Translations under genes and position numbers: made by a program
In this document: piece after piece, positions 9,557 to 18,296 of the stretch
Layout of the letters: every line of letters starts with the position of its first letter
Numbering within the stretch: the first letter of the stretch is position 1
Assembly (NCBI GenBank): GCA_031414535.1
Contig: JANNVQ010000041.1
Span: forward strand, 32,001 to 96,000
DNA length: 64,000 nt
Direction: 5' to 3'
Source: Gemmatimonas sp.
GTDB taxonomy: Bacteria; Gemmatimonadota; Gemmatimonadetes; Gemmatimonadales; Gemmatimonadaceae
The notes under the pieces: model-generated
What the model was told of the DNA's origin: nothing
Database searches by the model: none
The model's input: only the letters and a program-made list of their open reading frames with translations

Positions 9557-11365
9557 ATGAGCCCAGTCGCAGAATCGCTCGACCCCGCAGTCGCACCGCT
9601 GCCGTCCGTGCCTTGGCAGGTCACAGGGAACCATTGGTTGTCGCTCCCGTGCATCCATCCGCACGATGGTGCCATCCATGCCGTAGGGCTGTTGCACCGT
9701 GGTGCGCGCGCTGCGGTAGAGTTTGCAGGCGCGGCGGGCTTTGTGGAGGCGGAAGGGCCGGCCTTGGCCCGTCCGGTCATCCGAGTTGATGGCGAGCCCG
9801 TTGAACTGGCGCGGGCGGGCATCGCCTGGGAACGGGCGCTGCACTGGCTGCCCACCTTCACCTCGACGGCAGGCGATCTGGTGGTGCGGGGGACAGTGTT
9901 CGCGCCGTTTGGTCGCGACGCGGATATGGCGGGCGCCGTGTACACCATTGCCTTTGAGAACCGTGGCAAGCGGCCGATGCAACTTGAGGTAGGCCTCGAG
10001 GGCACGCTTGGGCATCGGCAATTGCGTGTGCGCACGCCGCGGGCCGCCGAGGATGCGCACCGCGTACGCGAGGCGGCCGGTGGGGTGGTGATTCTCGATG
10101 GCGTGGCCGTGCCGGGCATTTGCGCGTTGGCGCTGGCTGCCGATGGCGATGCCACGGTGGCCCTGCGAGAGGGAGCCACTCCGAGCTACGCGATCACGCG
10201 CAGCATTACGCTCGGCGCGGGCGAACGCACGGAACAGGCCTTCTACATTGCGGCCGGCCCCGAGCGCGATGGTGCCGAGGCCACCGTGGGCGTGATGCGT
10301 CGCCGCGGATGGCGATCCCTCCTCACGGTGACGCGTGATTCACTGCGCCTGCTCGAGCAGAGCACAGGAATGGAATCGCTCGACGCGTTGATCAATCGCA
10401 ATCTCTGCTTCGCGTACTTCTACGGCGTGGCGCGCGCGCTGGACGATGCGCAGTTCTATTTGGTGCGTAGTCGCGCGCCATGGTGCGCTTGGGGCGTGAC
10501 GGTGCGCGATTGGGAAGCTCTGGCCTGGACCGTGCCGGCGGTGCAGTTGGCGGACCCGCCGCTGGCCCGCGAACTGATCCTGCGGGCCTGTGAGTTGCAC
10601 GGCTATGCGCCGGGTCGTGGCGTCCACTACCTCGACGGGACGCTGTTTGAGCCCGGCTTCACGCTCGAGGGCTGTGCGTCCTACGCCGTCGCAACCGAGC
10701 GCTACATCCGCGAAACCGGTGATGATCAGATCGTGGAAGAGCCGGTGCTTGCCGACACGCTCTACGCCACTAACGATGATCTCTCCGCGCGCCGCGACGA
10801 GACGCATCCCCTGTATCACACCGAGGTGACGCTCGATCGTAGTCCGGCGGCGCTGCCGTACACCCTACACGGCAATGCCGTGGCCGCCTACGCCCTCGAT
10901 GCACTGAGCCGCACCCTCGATGAAGAAGCCGCACGCGAGGTGCAGGATGCGGCGGCGGTTCGCGCTGCGCTACGTCGGCTCTTCAGCGTCGGCAGTGACT
11001 CCAAGAACACGCTAGCCTCAGCGTCTGATCTGCGCGGCAAGCACGACCTTGAGGACGATGCCGTAGGTTCCGCCCTCTGGCTCCCAATGTGGGAAGCGAT
11101 TGAACGCACGGATTCAGTGTTCCGGCGCACGGCCAAGCGCCTGCCGGAGAGCGATCGCCTCGTCGTAAAGATCGCGCGACTCTTCGGCCCTGACTCGGCT
11201 GAGGTCTTGGAGTGGCTTCGTGTTGCCCCCCTGCATCAGGGACTGGCCGCGGAGCTGGTGGATGAGGATGGCGCGGCTCGCTCACATGGTGGCGATGCGG
11301 CGCTAAGTGGTCTCTTGGCCTATACGGTGTGGTACACCGTGCACGCGTACGGCATTAGGCCCTAA
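9557..11365 (+). CDS. Glycoside hydrolase family 125-like / (alpha/alpha)6-barrel protein
   Basis: 602 aa; segment RDWEALAWTVPA...YLDGTLFEPGFTLEG...YIRETGD resembles long DUF1237/GH125-like proteins as I recall them. Family call is tentative. Confidence 0.5.
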   Translation: MSPVAESLDPAVAPLPSVPWQVTGNHWLSLPCIHPHDGAIHAVGLLHRGARAAVEFAGAAGFVEAEGPALARPVIRVDGEPVELARAGIAWERALHWLPTFTSTAGDLVVRGTVFAPFGRDADMAGAVYTIAFENRGKRPMQLEVGLEGTLGHRQLRVRTPRAAEDAHRVREAAGGVVILDGVAVPGICALALAADGDATVALREGATPSYAITRSITLGAGERTEQAFYIAAGPERDGAEATVGVMRRRGWRSLLTVTRDSLRLLEQSTGMESLDALINRNLCFAYFYGVARALDDAQFYLVRSRAPWCAWGVTVRDWEALAWTVPAVQLADPPLARELILRACELHGYAPGRGVHYLDGTLFEPGFTLEGCASYAVATERYIRETGDDQIVEEPVLADTLYATNDDLSARRDETHPLYHTEVTLDRSPAALPYTLHGNAVAAYALDALSRTLDEEAAREVQDAAAVRAALRRLFSVGSDSKNTLASASDLRGKHDLEDDAVGSALWLPMWEAIERTDSVFRRTAKRLPESDRLVVKIARLFGPDSAEVLEWLRVAPLHQGLAAELVDEDGAARSHGGDAALSGLLAYTVWYTVHAYGIRP

Positions 11366-12452
11366 GCACTTCTGCGAGCGCGGCGAGGCAGGCCTCGAGG
11401 CCTGCCACCGTGTGGTCACCCATGTGGCCGATGCGCACGGTGGAGTCTTGCAGCTGTCCGTATCCGCGCCCGATGGTAAAGCCGCGCTCCTGCATCGCGA
11501 GCACTACCTCGCGCGATGTACGCTCGGGTGGCAGCACGAGGCAACTGATGCTCGGACTCCGCTCTCCCGCTCGCGCCTGCAGGGTTATCGCAAGCCCGCG
11601 CGAGCGCTCGGCCGCTACCCACGCGTCGAGCATCTCGCGCATCGAAGTGTGACGGGCCCAGCGCGCTTCTATGCCTTCGTTGAGGATGCTACGCAGTTGC
11701 GCATCGGCCGCGTAGAAGAGTGGAATCGCTGGTGTGCTCGGTGGACCGCCGCGGATGAATGCTTCTTCGTACTCAACGGGGTCCAGATAGCGCCCGCGTG
11801 CGGGAACGACTGAGGCCTGAAGGATGTAGGCCTCGCTTGCGACCGCGAAGGCGAGGCCCGGCGGCATGGCTAGAGCCTTCTGCGAGCCCGTGAGCACAAA
11901 ATCCACGCCCCAGGCTTCCGTCTCCAGCTGTGCGGCGGCGACTCCAGTCACGGCATCCACTAGGCACATCACGCCGTATCGGTGTGCGAGCTCCGTGAGG
12001 ATGCGCACATCGCTCAGCGCACCCGTGCTGGTCTCAGAATGCACCAGCGTCATCGCTGCGTAAGGCTCCGAGGCGAGATGCTGTTCCACGAGATCAAACG
12101 GGTGCGTCTCCCCCCAGGGCACCGAGACCACGCGCGTGCGGCGTCCGCAGCGCTGGGCGATGCGGGCAAACCGCTCAGCAAATCCGCCATTCACGAGCGA
12201 GAGGATTGGGCCTTCGGGTGCACCACGAATCGCCATCTCCATCAGCGCCGTTGCCGAGGCGCTCACGCAGTACACCGGACGCGTCGTGCGGAACACTTGC
12301 TGCATGCCGGCGACGACACGCGCGTAGATGGCGGAGAACTCCGGGCCACGGTGCGCAATCATGGGCTGCGCCATCGCCTGAAGGATCTCTGGGCGGACTT
12401 CCGTGGGGCCCGGGAGGAAGAAGCGGCCGAAGTCGCTCACGTGCTCGCTCAC
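11355..12452 (-). CDS. Class V PLP-dependent aminotransferase (alanine-glyoxylate/serine-pyruvate type)
   Basis: FLPGPT, MIAHRGPEF, HSETSTG, VDAVT, GSQKALAMPPG (PLP lysine), RIGHMG; GTG start overlaps the crcB stop. Confidence 0.9.
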   Translation of the reverse strand: MSEHVSDFGRFFLPGPTEVRPEILQAMAQPMIAHRGPEFSAIYARVVAGMQQVFRTTRPVYCVSASATALMEMAIRGAPEGPILSLVNGGFAERFARIAQRCGRRTRVVSVPWGETHPFDLVEQHLASEPYAAMTLVHSETSTGALSDVRILTELAHRYGVMCLVDAVTGVAAAQLETEAWGVDFVLTGSQKALAMPPGLAFAVASEAYILQASVVPARGRYLDPVEYEEAFIRGGPPSTPAIPLFYAADAQLRSILNEGIEARWARHTSMREMLDAWVAAERSRGLAITLQARAGERSPSISCLVLPPERTSREVVLAMQERGFTIGRGYGQLQDSTVRIGHMGDHTVAGLEACLAALAEVLRA

Positions 12453-12853
12453 GCACTGGCTCCGCGTGCGAGCATCATGCCGGCTGCCGCGGCGCCAACC
12501 GAAAGCGTTACGCTCGCGAGAGTGTAGAGCGCCGCGCGCGGCATGGCGCCAGCCTGCAGCATTGACACTGTGTCCAATGAAAAGCTTGAGAATGTCGTGA
12601 AACCGCCGAGCACGCCGATAGTAACCATGGCGCGCCACTGGGGTGAGGCGGATTCACCCAGAATAGCACCGCCGGCAAGAGCACCGAGAATCAACGAACC
12701 CGCCACGTTGATTCCGAGCGTTGCCCAAGGAAAGCCGTCGAGCGCCGCGTGCTGGCGAGCCCACTCGCCGATGAGAAACCGGCAAGACGCCCCGATCGCG
12801 CCGCCGGCGGCGACCCAGAGCACGGTGAGGGCGGGAAGCGCTGTCGCTTGCAT
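12449..12853 (-). CDS. crcB: Fluoride channel Fluc/CrcB
   Basis: GGAIGASCRF, FPWATLGINVAG, GVLGGFTTFSSF signature; four hydrophobic helices. Confidence 0.94.
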   Translation of the reverse strand: MQATALPALTVLWVAAGGAIGASCRFLIGEWARQHAALDGFPWATLGINVAGSLILGALAGGAILGESASPQWRAMVTIGVLGGFTTFSSFSLDTVSMLQAGAMPRAALYTLASVTLSVGAAAAGMMLARGASA

Positions 12854-12906
12854 ACCGCCAAATATGGCCGATGCGAGCCGAGGCGGGAGCAGGCAAATTC
12901 CATGGT

Positions 12907-13191
12907 ATGAGCACAACCGGTTACGGCGGCACCTTCACCGCCACGCTTTTCCGCTGGAGCGAGGGGAAGGGCAGTTGGTATTTTGTGCAGGTGCCCGAGC
13001 GCTTCTCTCCCCCTGTGACGCACGGATGGGGCCGCACTCCCGTGACCGCCACCGTGGACAATCAGACGTGGGAGACGTCGGTCTGGCGGGGCAAGGACGG
13101 TCGAACCCTCCTCGCGGTTCCCAAGAAGATCAGGGGGCGCAAGGAGGATGGGGAGCGCATGAACGTGACACTCCGCTTTCGCTCACTCTGA
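12907..13191 (+). CDS. DUF1905-like small beta protein
   Basis: FTATL...WYFVQVP...GWGRTPVTATVD...WETSVW...LLAVPKKIR pattern. Confidence 0.75.
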   Translation: MSTTGYGGTFTATLFRWSEGKGSWYFVQVPERFSPPVTHGWGRTPVTATVDNQTWETSVWRGKDGRTLLAVPKKIRGRKEDGERMNVTLRFRSL

Positions 13192-13206
13192 AGCGACGTC
13201 CGGACG

Positions 13207-13644
13207 CTAGTCCACGTAAAGCTTGTAGTTGCCGCGTTCGCCGCCGTCAAAGGACGTGACCGCAATGTAGTAGCGCCCTGCCGGCAACTTCACCGTGATC
13301 CACGCGTCAGTGCTCTCTCCGCTATCGTCGTCCTCGACAATGAGCTCGTCAAATTCGTCGAAGACCATCAAATAGGCGTCGAAGTCCAAGGACTCGAGGT
13401 AGAGATCCACGTCGGTCGTGCGATAGAGCGTGAGCTCGTAGTAATCCACGTAGCTCTCGGTATCATCCTGGGTCACGCAGTCATAGCTGCTCAGCGACCC
13501 AGTGATCGTGCTGCCAATGCTGACGTAGCGCGCATTGCAGGCGTCATCCTCGACCACGGCAACAGGCCCCGTCACCTCCACGCAGGCAGCGAGTGGGATG
13601 GCGAGGGTGGCAATGAGGCTGCGGAATCGGCTAGCGGCGCGCAT
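13207..13644 (-). CDS. Lipoprotein with a single PPC (pre-peptidase C-terminal)-like domain
   Basis: GGGAGG SD; lipobox LAAC; YVDYY, DFDAYL, EDDDSG, LPAGRYYI, GNYKL motifs. Confidence 0.75.
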   Translation of the reverse strand: MRAASRFRSLIATLAIPLAACVEVTGPVAVVEDDACNARYVSIGSTITGSLSSYDCVTQDDTESYVDYYELTLYRTTDVDLYLESLDFDAYLMVFDEFDELIVEDDDSGESTDAWITVKLPAGRYYIAVTSFDGGERGNYKLYVD

Positions 13645-13747
13645 CGGAGTAGTCCTCCCCAAGTGGGAAACGAGGTGCTTCTCCGGGCTGCTAACCCGCG
13701 CGATGCAAAAAGGTGCCGCGAGTTCCGTTCTTGTGCTGCGCACGCAA

Positions 13748-13832
13748 TGCCGGGGGCGGGAATCGAACCCGCACGGGGTTACCCCCAAGGGATTTTAAGT
13801 CCCTCGCGTCTCGCCAATTTCGCCACCCCGGC
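13748..13832 (-). tRNA. tRNA-Leu(TAA)
   Basis: Reverse complement GCCGGGGTGGCGAAATTGGCGAGACGCGAGGGACTTAAAATCCCTTGGGGGTAACCCCGTGCGGGTTCGATTCCCGCCCCCGGCA; anticodon arm AGGGA-CTTAAAA-TCCCT; long variable arm; CCA not encoded. Confidence 0.96.
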
Positions 13833-13839
13833 AACGCAA

Positions 13840-13868
13840 ACGGGAGCGGCTTATTCGGCCGCTCCCGT
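13840..13868. other. 11-bp perfect hairpin in the tRNA-Gly/tRNA-Leu spacer
   Basis: ACGGGAGCGGC-TTATTCG-GCCGCTCCCGT. Confidence 0.7.
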
Positions 13869-13889
13869 GGTCCTGCTCCATCCGTTCAG

Positions 13890-13962
13890 AGCGGGAAACG
13901 GGACTCGAACCCGCGACCCCAACCTTGGCAAGGTTGTGCTCTACCAACTGAGCTATTCCCGC
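13890..13962 (-). tRNA. tRNA-Gly(GCC)
   Basis: Reverse complement GCGGGAATAGCTCAGTTGGTAGAGCACAACCTTGCCAAGGTTGGGGTCGCGGGTTCGAGTCCCGTTTCCCGCT; CCA not encoded. Confidence 0.97.
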
Positions 13963-14058
13963 GTGAGGAGAATGGTAGATAGGCTCGGCGTGTGAGGCAA
14001 GCGGTTCCTGTGAAACGCTCTGCAAGACACCGTCGCCCATGAGTAAGTTTCTCTCCTT

Positions 14059-15060
14059 ATGAGCGCCCCCACCGACGTCGTCTCGCTGGCCGCCGAATTA
14101 TTGGCCATTCCCTCTACCACACGCGACGAAGGCGCGGCGGTGGAGTTCGTGTCCCGTTGGCTGGTGGCGCGCGACTGGAACGTCACCGTGCAGGAAGTCA
14201 CGCCAGGTCGCGGCAATATCTGGGCCTCGCGGAGGGGCGGGGGCGTGACACTCTCCACGCACCTCGACACCGTGCCGCCCTACGTGCCGCCCCGCCGCGC
14301 CGACGGCAAGCTCTACGGGCGGGGGGCCTGCGACGCCAAGGGCATCGCCGCCGCCATGATGGTGGCCGCTGATCGGATGGTGCTGGCCGGCGAAGAACGC
14401 GTGGATCTGCTGTTCGTGGTGGGCGAGGAGCGCGGCTCCGACGGCGCCCGCATGGCCAACCAATTGCCGGCCACGTCCAAGTGGCTCATCAACGGCGAAC
14501 CCACGGAGAGCCTGCTCGCTTCGGGTTGCAAAGGCGCCCAGCGCGTCATCGTGCGCACCAGCGGCCGCGAAGCGCACTCCGCCTACGCGCAGCTCGGTTC
14601 ATCCGCCATCACGCCAATGTTGCAGATGCTGCAGGAGCTGCAGTCACTTGAGCTCCCGGTGGACCAAGTGCTCGGCCCCAGCACCGTGAACGTTGGCTTG
14701 ATCCGTGGCGGCACAGAGGCCAACATCGTCCCCGGCGCCTGCGAAGCCGAGATGATGTTCCGCTTGGTAGGTGACGTGAAGGAGATCAAGGCCGCGTTAA
14801 AGCCATGGGCCCATGGCCGCGCCGAGCTCGAGTACGGCTCCCACATCCCCGCCCAGCATTTTCACACAGTCCCCGGCTTCCAGACCGCCCCCATGGCCTA
14901 CACCAGCGACATCCCATTGCTCGGCAACTGGGGCAAGCCATTGCTCTTCGGCCCAGGCTCCATCCACGTCGCACACACGCCTGACGAGTACATCGAGGAG
15001 TCGGAGCTCCGCGCCAGCGTAGACTCGTACATTGCCTTAGTGAAGCATTTACTCTCGTAG
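14059..15060 (+). CDS. M20 metallo-amidohydrolase (ArgE/DapE family)
   Basis: STHLDTV, GRGACDAKG, VGEE, NGEPT, AHTPDE metal-ligand motifs; lies directly upstream of the dap cluster. Confidence 0.88.
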   Translation: MSAPTDVVSLAAELLAIPSTTRDEGAAVEFVSRWLVARDWNVTVQEVTPGRGNIWASRRGGGVTLSTHLDTVPPYVPPRRADGKLYGRGACDAKGIAAAMMVAADRMVLAGEERVDLLFVVGEERGSDGARMANQLPATSKWLINGEPTESLLASGCKGAQRVIVRTSGREAHSAYAQLGSSAITPMLQMLQELQSLELPVDQVLGPSTVNVGLIRGGTEANIVPGACEAEMMFRLVGDVKEIKAALKPWAHGRAELEYGSHIPAQHFHTVPGFQTAPMAYTSDIPLLGNWGKPLLFGPGSIHVAHTPDEYIEESELRASVDSYIALVKHLLS

Positions 15061-15175
15061 TCTCTTCCGCTCGTAGTCTCTTCCCCTCGTAGTCTCTTCC
15101 CCTTCGTCCCTTCGTCCCTTCAGTTTCCTCGCTCTTCAATACCTCGCTCTTCACTTTCGCTCTTCGCTCCTCGTC
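15054..15175 (+). repeat. Pyrimidine-rich tandem-repeat tract between the M20 gene and asd
   Basis: CTCGTAGTCTCTTCCS x3 (15054-15101), then CCCTTCGT-type and TCGCTCTTC-type units. Confidence 0.85.
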
Positions 15176-16252
15176 GTGACCGATCCCCGCCTCCCCGTCG
15201 CAGTACTCGGTGCCACCGGCGCCGTCGGACAGACCTTCATCCGTCTGCTCGCCGGTCACCCGTGGTTCCGCCTCGCCGAAGTCGCCGCCTCTGATCGTTC
15301 GGCGGGCAAGCGCTACGAGGACGCCACGAAGTGGATTGAGGGCACGATGCCAGATGAGGCCAAGGACCTCATCGTCACGACCTGTGATCCGCAGTCGGTG
15401 AAGAGCCCGCTCGTGTTCTCCGCGATGGACGCCGTCGCCGCAGAAACGGTTGAGCCCGCGTTCGCGATGGCTGGTCGCTTCGTGCTCAGCAACACGAAGA
15501 CCTTCCGCATGCACGACGATGTCCCGCTCGTCATTCCGGAAGTGAACGCGAACCATCTCAAGCTGCTCGACGCGCAGAACGCCAAGGGATGGACCGGTGG
15601 TGTGGTGACGAACGCGAATTGCGCCGCCATTGCCGCAACGATGGCCCTCGCGCCCCTACACGAGCGCTTCGGTCTCACCGAGCTGTTCATCGCGACCATG
15701 CAAGCCGTCAGTGGCGCTGGCTACCCAGGCGTTCCCTCGCTCGACATCCTCGGCAACGTCATCCCGTTCATCGGCGGCGGCGAGGAGGACAAGCTTGAGC
15801 GTGAAATGCAAAAGATGCTCGGCACCGTCGAAGGCACTCGCATCGCGCACGCGCCATTTGTGGTGAGCGCACATGCCAATCGCGTACCGGTTGAGCATGG
15901 ACACACGGTCGTGATGTCGGCCAAGTTCCGCATCAAGCCGACGGTGACTGAAGCGAGCGCCGTGATTCGCGCGTGGAGGTCGGAGATTGCCGACCTCGGG
16001 TTGCCAAGCGCACCGCGGTACCCGCTGGTGATTGCCAGTGAGGAAAATCGCCCACAGCCGCGCCGCGACGTCAACGCAGGGAATGGGATGACCGTCACGG
16101 TGGGTCGCATCCGCGAGGATTCCATCTTCCACCTCAAGCTCGTGGCGATGGGACACAACACCATTCGTGGCGCGGCTGGTGGAGCGGTGTTGAACGCCGA
16201 GGTGCTGGCTACCACGGGACGGCTGGGCTGGACCCCGCCGGCGACCCCATGA
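15176..16252 (+). CDS. asd: Aspartate-semialdehyde dehydrogenase
   Basis: LGATGAVGQ, VPLVIPEVN, NANC, MQAVSGAG, NRVPVEHGH, HNTIRGAAG. Confidence 0.96.
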   Translation: MTDPRLPVAVLGATGAVGQTFIRLLAGHPWFRLAEVAASDRSAGKRYEDATKWIEGTMPDEAKDLIVTTCDPQSVKSPLVFSAMDAVAAETVEPAFAMAGRFVLSNTKTFRMHDDVPLVIPEVNANHLKLLDAQNAKGWTGGVVTNANCAAIAATMALAPLHERFGLTELFIATMQAVSGAGYPGVPSLDILGNVIPFIGGGEEDKLEREMQKMLGTVEGTRIAHAPFVVSAHANRVPVEHGHTVVMSAKFRIKPTVTEASAVIRAWRSEIADLGLPSAPRYPLVIASEENRPQPRRDVNAGNGMTVTVGRIREDSIFHLKLVAMGHNTIRGAAGGAVLNAEVLATTGRLGWTPPATP

Positions 16253-17601
16253 TCGTCTGCAAGTTTGGTGGTACCTCCGTCGGTGACTCCGAGGCCATCG
16301 CGCGCACGGTGGGTATCGTCCGCAGCAAGCTGGAGCGCGAGCCAGTCGTTGTGGTATCCGCGCTCGCAGGTACGACGAACCGCCTGATTGAGATTGCGGA
16401 GCAGGCCGCGAAAGGCGAATTGATCGTGGCGCTCACGATTTGCGAGGAGCTGCGCGCTCGGCACTTTGCCACGATCACCGAATTGCTGGGCACCCACGAA
16501 AGTCACGACGACGTTGCCGCCGACACCGGTGCGATGTTCGACGAATTGGCGCACTTGGCAGAAGCCCTTTCGGTGCTCGGGCACCTCACACCGCGCTCGC
16601 ACGATGCCGTCGCGTCCATCGGCGAGCGACTCTCGGCACCCATCGTCGCCGCAGCCATGCAGCGAGCCGGCCTGCCCGCGGTTTTCGTGGATGCTCGTCG
16701 TGTGATGGTCACGAATGAGGACTTCGGCCGTGCTGAACCAATCACCGACGACATCGCCCTGGCGTGCCGCGCCGTACTTGGCCCCTTGCTTCGTGAGGGC
16801 AAGGTCCCAGTGCTGGGCGGCTACATCGGCAGCACGCGGGTCGGCGTCACCACCACGCTTGGACGCGGTGGTTCGGACTACTCGGCCTCGCTCCTCGGCG
16901 CCGCGATGGAATCCGAGGCCATCGAGATCTGGACTGATGTGGATGGGATGCTCACCGCAGATCCCCGCGTCGTCAGCAACGCCCAGCTCATTGGTCACAT
17001 TCGGTTTGACGAAGCCGCGGAGCTCGCCAACTTCGGCGCCAAAGTGCTGCACCCCAACACCATCGCCCCGGCGGTGAAGCGCGGCATTCCCGTCTACGTG
17101 TTCAACTCGCGCAAGCCCGAGGGCACCGGTACGCGCATCACCTTCGACGCGCCGCGCACGCCCGTCCGCGCCATCGCCGGTAAGACGCGCACGGTGGTGG
17201 TGAAGATTCGCTCGCCTCGGATGCTCGCGACGCCAGGCGCGCTTCGAAAGATCTTTGAGGTTTTCGAGAAGAACCGAACCTCAGTGGACGTCGTGGCCAC
17301 GAGTGAAGTGAGCGTCAGCGTCACGCTCGACGATGATCAGCATCTCGAGGCGGTCGTAGCGCAGCTCTCGGCATTCGGTGACGTGGCGGTGGAACGTCAT
17401 CGTGGCATCGTGGCCCTCGTGGGTGCAGGGCTGGGCGAGCACACGGCGACCATGGCCACGGCGCTCGCCTCGCTCGGCGACCTCCGCCTGCACATGGTCT
17501 CGCTCAGCGCGACGGGCATCAATCTCACGCTCATCGTGGATGGCGATCAAGTGAACGAAGCGATGCAGCGCCTCCACGCGGCATTCTTTGGAGCCGCGTG
17601 A
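16249..17601 (+). CDS. lysC: Aspartokinase
   Basis: KFGGTSV, TTLGRGGSDYSA, IWTDVDG, FGAKVLHP; C-terminal ACT domains. Confidence 0.95.
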   Translation: MIVCKFGGTSVGDSEAIARTVGIVRSKLEREPVVVVSALAGTTNRLIEIAEQAAKGELIVALTICEELRARHFATITELLGTHESHDDVAADTGAMFDELAHLAEALSVLGHLTPRSHDAVASIGERLSAPIVAAAMQRAGLPAVFVDARRVMVTNEDFGRAEPITDDIALACRAVLGPLLREGKVPVLGGYIGSTRVGVTTTLGRGGSDYSASLLGAAMESEAIEIWTDVDGMLTADPRVVSNAQLIGHIRFDEAAELANFGAKVLHPNTIAPAVKRGIPVYVFNSRKPEGTGTRITFDAPRTPVRAIAGKTRTVVVKIRSPRMLATPGALRKIFEVFEKNRTSVDVVATSEVSVSVTLDDDQHLEAVVAQLSAFGDVAVERHRGIVALVGAGLGEHTATMATALASLGDLRLHMVSLSATGINLTLIVDGDQVNEAMQRLHAAFFGAA

Positions 17602-18296
17602 TGATCAAGCTCGCGATTCTCGGTGCCGGCAAAATGGGCTCGCTACTCTCAGCGCTTGCGCCAGAGAGCGGGTTCACGCTCGTCGCCCATCTCGACAAGG
17701 CACACACGCGCCACGGCCTCACCCTACACGCACTGAATGGCGCCGAGGTGGTGATTGAGTTCACGGAGCCGCAGGCGGCTGCCGCCTTAGTGAAGCAATG
17801 CGCAGAACTCGGCGTGCCCGTCGTCAGTGGCACCACCGGATGGGATGCTGAGAAAGCCTTAGTGGAAACCTTTGTGCGCAACTCCAGTGGGGCCATGCTC
17901 TGGGCTCCAAACTATGCGCTCGGTGTTCACCTGTTTGCCAAGGTCGTAGAGGAGGCCGCGCGCCGCTTTGCGCACGACCGCGCGGGATTCGATCTGCACC
18001 TCATCGAGACGCATCACAGCAAGAAGCTGGACGCGCCGAGCGGCACCGCGCGTATGCTGGCGACCATCGCCGAGCGAGCGCAGGGGAAGGCCGTGCCGGT
18101 GACGAGTGTGCGCACGGGCCATGTACCTGGCACGCATGAGTTCGTATTTGACGCAGCGTTTGAGCAGGTGCGACTCGTTCACGAGGCACGCGACCGTCGT
18201 GTATTTGCCGCGGGCGCGCTCGCGGCTGCTCGTTGGTTGGCTGGCAAGCGCGGCGTGTTTACCCTCGATGACTTTCTGGGAGATGTAATCCGATGA
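17598..18296 (+). CDS. dapB: 4-hydroxy-tetrahydrodipicolinate reductase
   Basis: GAGKMG, VSGTTG, ETHHSKKLDAPSGTA, HEARDRRVFAAGA. Confidence 0.95.
   Translation: MMIKLAILGAGKMGSLLSALAPESGFTLVAHLDKAHTRHGLTLHALNGAEVVIEFTEPQAAAALVKQCAELGVPVVSGTTGWDAEKALVETFVRNSSGAMLWAPNYALGVHLFAKVVEEAARRFAHDRAGFDLHLIETHHSKKLDAPSGTARMLATIAERAQGKAVPVTSVRTGHVPGTHEFVFDAAFEQVRLVHEARDRRVFAAGALAAARWLAGKRGVFTLDDFLGDVIR

Noticed and set aside
12907..13747. Genomic island integrated at tRNA-Leu
   Set aside because: No integrase, no duplicated tRNA 3' end seen, and no obvious compositional shift.
13748..13832. tRNA-Leu(TAA) as a bldA-like developmental switch
   Set aside because: TTA codons occur in housekeeping genes here (xseA, ispA, dxs), so the tRNA must be constitutively needed.
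15054..15175. CRISPR array or lysine riboswitch upstream of asd
   Set aside because: The repeats are directly adjacent with no spacers and no cas genes; the tract is too pyrimidine-skewed to form the lysine riboswitch fold.
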